A stretch of 63,139 nucleotides of DNA, counting the filler, from Phoronis australis (Eukaryota > Animalia > Phoronida), in NCBI GenBank assembly GCA_002633005.1. It is 11 parts of 11 records of this genome, joined end to end, with 100 filler letters (N's around TTAATTAATTAA, not from the genome) between each part and the next. Parts side by side here need not be neighbours in the genome. Positions count along the whole stretch, not along the records: positions 51,208 to 63,139 come from NMRA01001670.1; 10 more parts are not named here. One strand, given 5' to 3'. Position numbers and translations under genes: made by a program. Position 1 is the stretch's first letter. Every line of letters begins with the position of its first letter. Shown here piece by piece: positions 61,487-63,139 of the stretch. The notes beneath the pieces are model-generated. The model made no database searches, was not told where the DNA came from, and saw only the letters and a list, made by a program, of their open reading frames with translations.

Positions 61487-62124
61487 GTGTGCGTGTGTAT
61501 GTGTGTGTGCGCACGTGCGCGCGTGCGTGTGCGCGCGTGCGTGTGCGCGCATGCGTGTGTGTGTTTCCGTGTGTGTGTGTGCGGGGGGCGTGTGTGTGTT
61601 TGTGTGTGGTTGTGCATGTTTATATGAGTATAATTAATATTATTTGAATGTACTTTATTTAGTTCTATATGTATGTGCGTATGTATGTATGCATTCGTGC
61701 AAGTATGTATGTATGTATGTATGTATGTATGCATGTGTGCATGTATGTATGTATGTGTGTATGTATGTATGCATGCGTGCAAGTATGTATGCATGTGTGC
61801 ATGTATGTATGTATGTGTGTATGTATGTATGCATGCGTTCAAGTATGTATGTATGTATGTATGTATGCATGTGTGCATGTATGTATGTATGTATGTGTGT
61901 ATGTATGTATGTATGCATGTGTGCATGTATGTATGTATGTGTGTATGTATGTATGCATGCGTGCAAGTATGTATGCATGTGTGCATGTATGTATGTATGT
62001 GTGTATGTATGTATGCATGCGTTCAAGTATGTATGTATGTATGTATGTATGCATGTGTGCATGTATGTATGTATGTATGTGTGTATGTATGTATGTATGC
62101 ATGTGTGCATGTATGTATGCATGC
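61487..62124. repeat. Compound microsatellite: (GT/GC)n, then (ATGT)n with higher-order structure
   Basis: ATGT units punctuated by GCATGTGTGC and GCATGCGT(G/T)CAAGT. Confidence 0.95.
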
Positions 62125-63139
62125 GTTATGGGTTTCTTTCCTTACAAGCGTGTGCGTGCGTGTTTTGAGCAGCCTTACAAAAGCCTAATGGCTGTGCTTT
62201 TATCCCACACGCGTTGAATCTGTCGAGTGAAATACGGCCATGTAATAAAGTTTTCCGTATTCACCTCCCGCACTACTTTAACAATGACCTCTGACATGGA
62301 AAGTTCAAAAGGTAGGTCAATATCGACTCGACGTCTTCAGCCGGTTCGATCATCAAACTTTCCGAATATAGTTTAAAGTAATACAGTTGCAGCAGTGTAA
62401 ACGTAAAATCTGGAACAAAACTATTAATTATATGTTATGTCTCAGTTTTCAATGGCTGAATACTATATCGTCTGCAACTCAGGCGCCGATTCCTAGGAAA
62501 GTACAATATCAAATGTTGTTTTTAACTATTTCCAGGAGATTTTACAAGTTCACTGCATAGTTGCCGTTGTTTTCATCTTTGTTACCCTTTTCAAGAAATA
62601 AATCGTTACTTTTAAAACTGTTTCTTTTACAAGAGAAAACTTGCAACCTACCGCGCAAGTATACACACATATAGGATGTGATCCTCCGTGTGAACAGTCT
62701 GGGTTAAGTATTTGAAAAATCTGCCGAAAAAATGTAAGAAACTGAGGAATTCGAACCGTATAGGATAAATACAAAACGTACATCGATTGGCGTACATGAA
62801 GTAATGTCCCACTCGACCTTATTCCGCGTATCAACCTCGTGGGATATTACTTCATGTACGCCACTCTCGGTACGTTTCGTGCATGTATTTCTTAAATAAA
62901 AAGAAAACAAATCGGGAACGCTTTAATATGAATGGGTTTATTGTACGATAAAAACTGGAAAAATGCCAATTGATTCCATCATCCAAATATTGGGGAAACA
63001 AAAAGATTATCCCGATCTTCGCTTCCAGAATTTGTCATACAGTACCGTGTCATGTCTGACACGGTAACTCCATGGATTTGCCGCGATGAATCTGCAAGTG
63101 TCGCTTTACTTCTTCAAATTTACCGAGTAACTACTTGAA

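Noticed and set aside
61372-62217. His/Tyr- and Cys/Met/Val-rich ORFs
   Set aside because: Translations of a stop-free microsatellite in several frames.

Overview
This is eukaryotic, intron-rich, AT-rich and transposon-dense DNA. The gene and repeat content suggests a marine invertebrate, probably a mollusc or other lophotrochozoan (inference). The window is not one contiguous locus: ten identical 100-nt spacers (44 N + TTAATTAATTAA + 44 N) split it into 11 short pieces whose adjacency is unproven. Host-gene content: two exons of a myosin essential light chain (MYL6/Mlc-c-like); five phase-compatible exons of an EGF-EGF-FN3-EGF extracellular protein; and a very compact head-to-head pair, PRIM2 exon 1 (-) and a probable LMBRD1 exon 1 (+), with start codons 102 bp apart. 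The rest is largely mobile DNA: a hAT-type element with TSD, a Kolobok element plus transposase and KolX remnants, a Helentron/HINE-like array, a BEL/Pao integrase-only element, two solo LTRs with 5-bp TSDs, DIRS, L2/CR1, Tx1 and RTE-X-like fragments, a P-like transposase remnant, a 3.5-kb foldback, hairpin MITEs and microsatellites. Most notable: a Gypsy element with a helix-hairpin-helix-like motif on Gag and an H3K4me3-reader-type PHD finger after integrase; a minisatellite built from the myosin exon/donor junction; and two diverged copies of an unrecognised ORF family. All calls are from reading the sequence by eye; no database searches were run.
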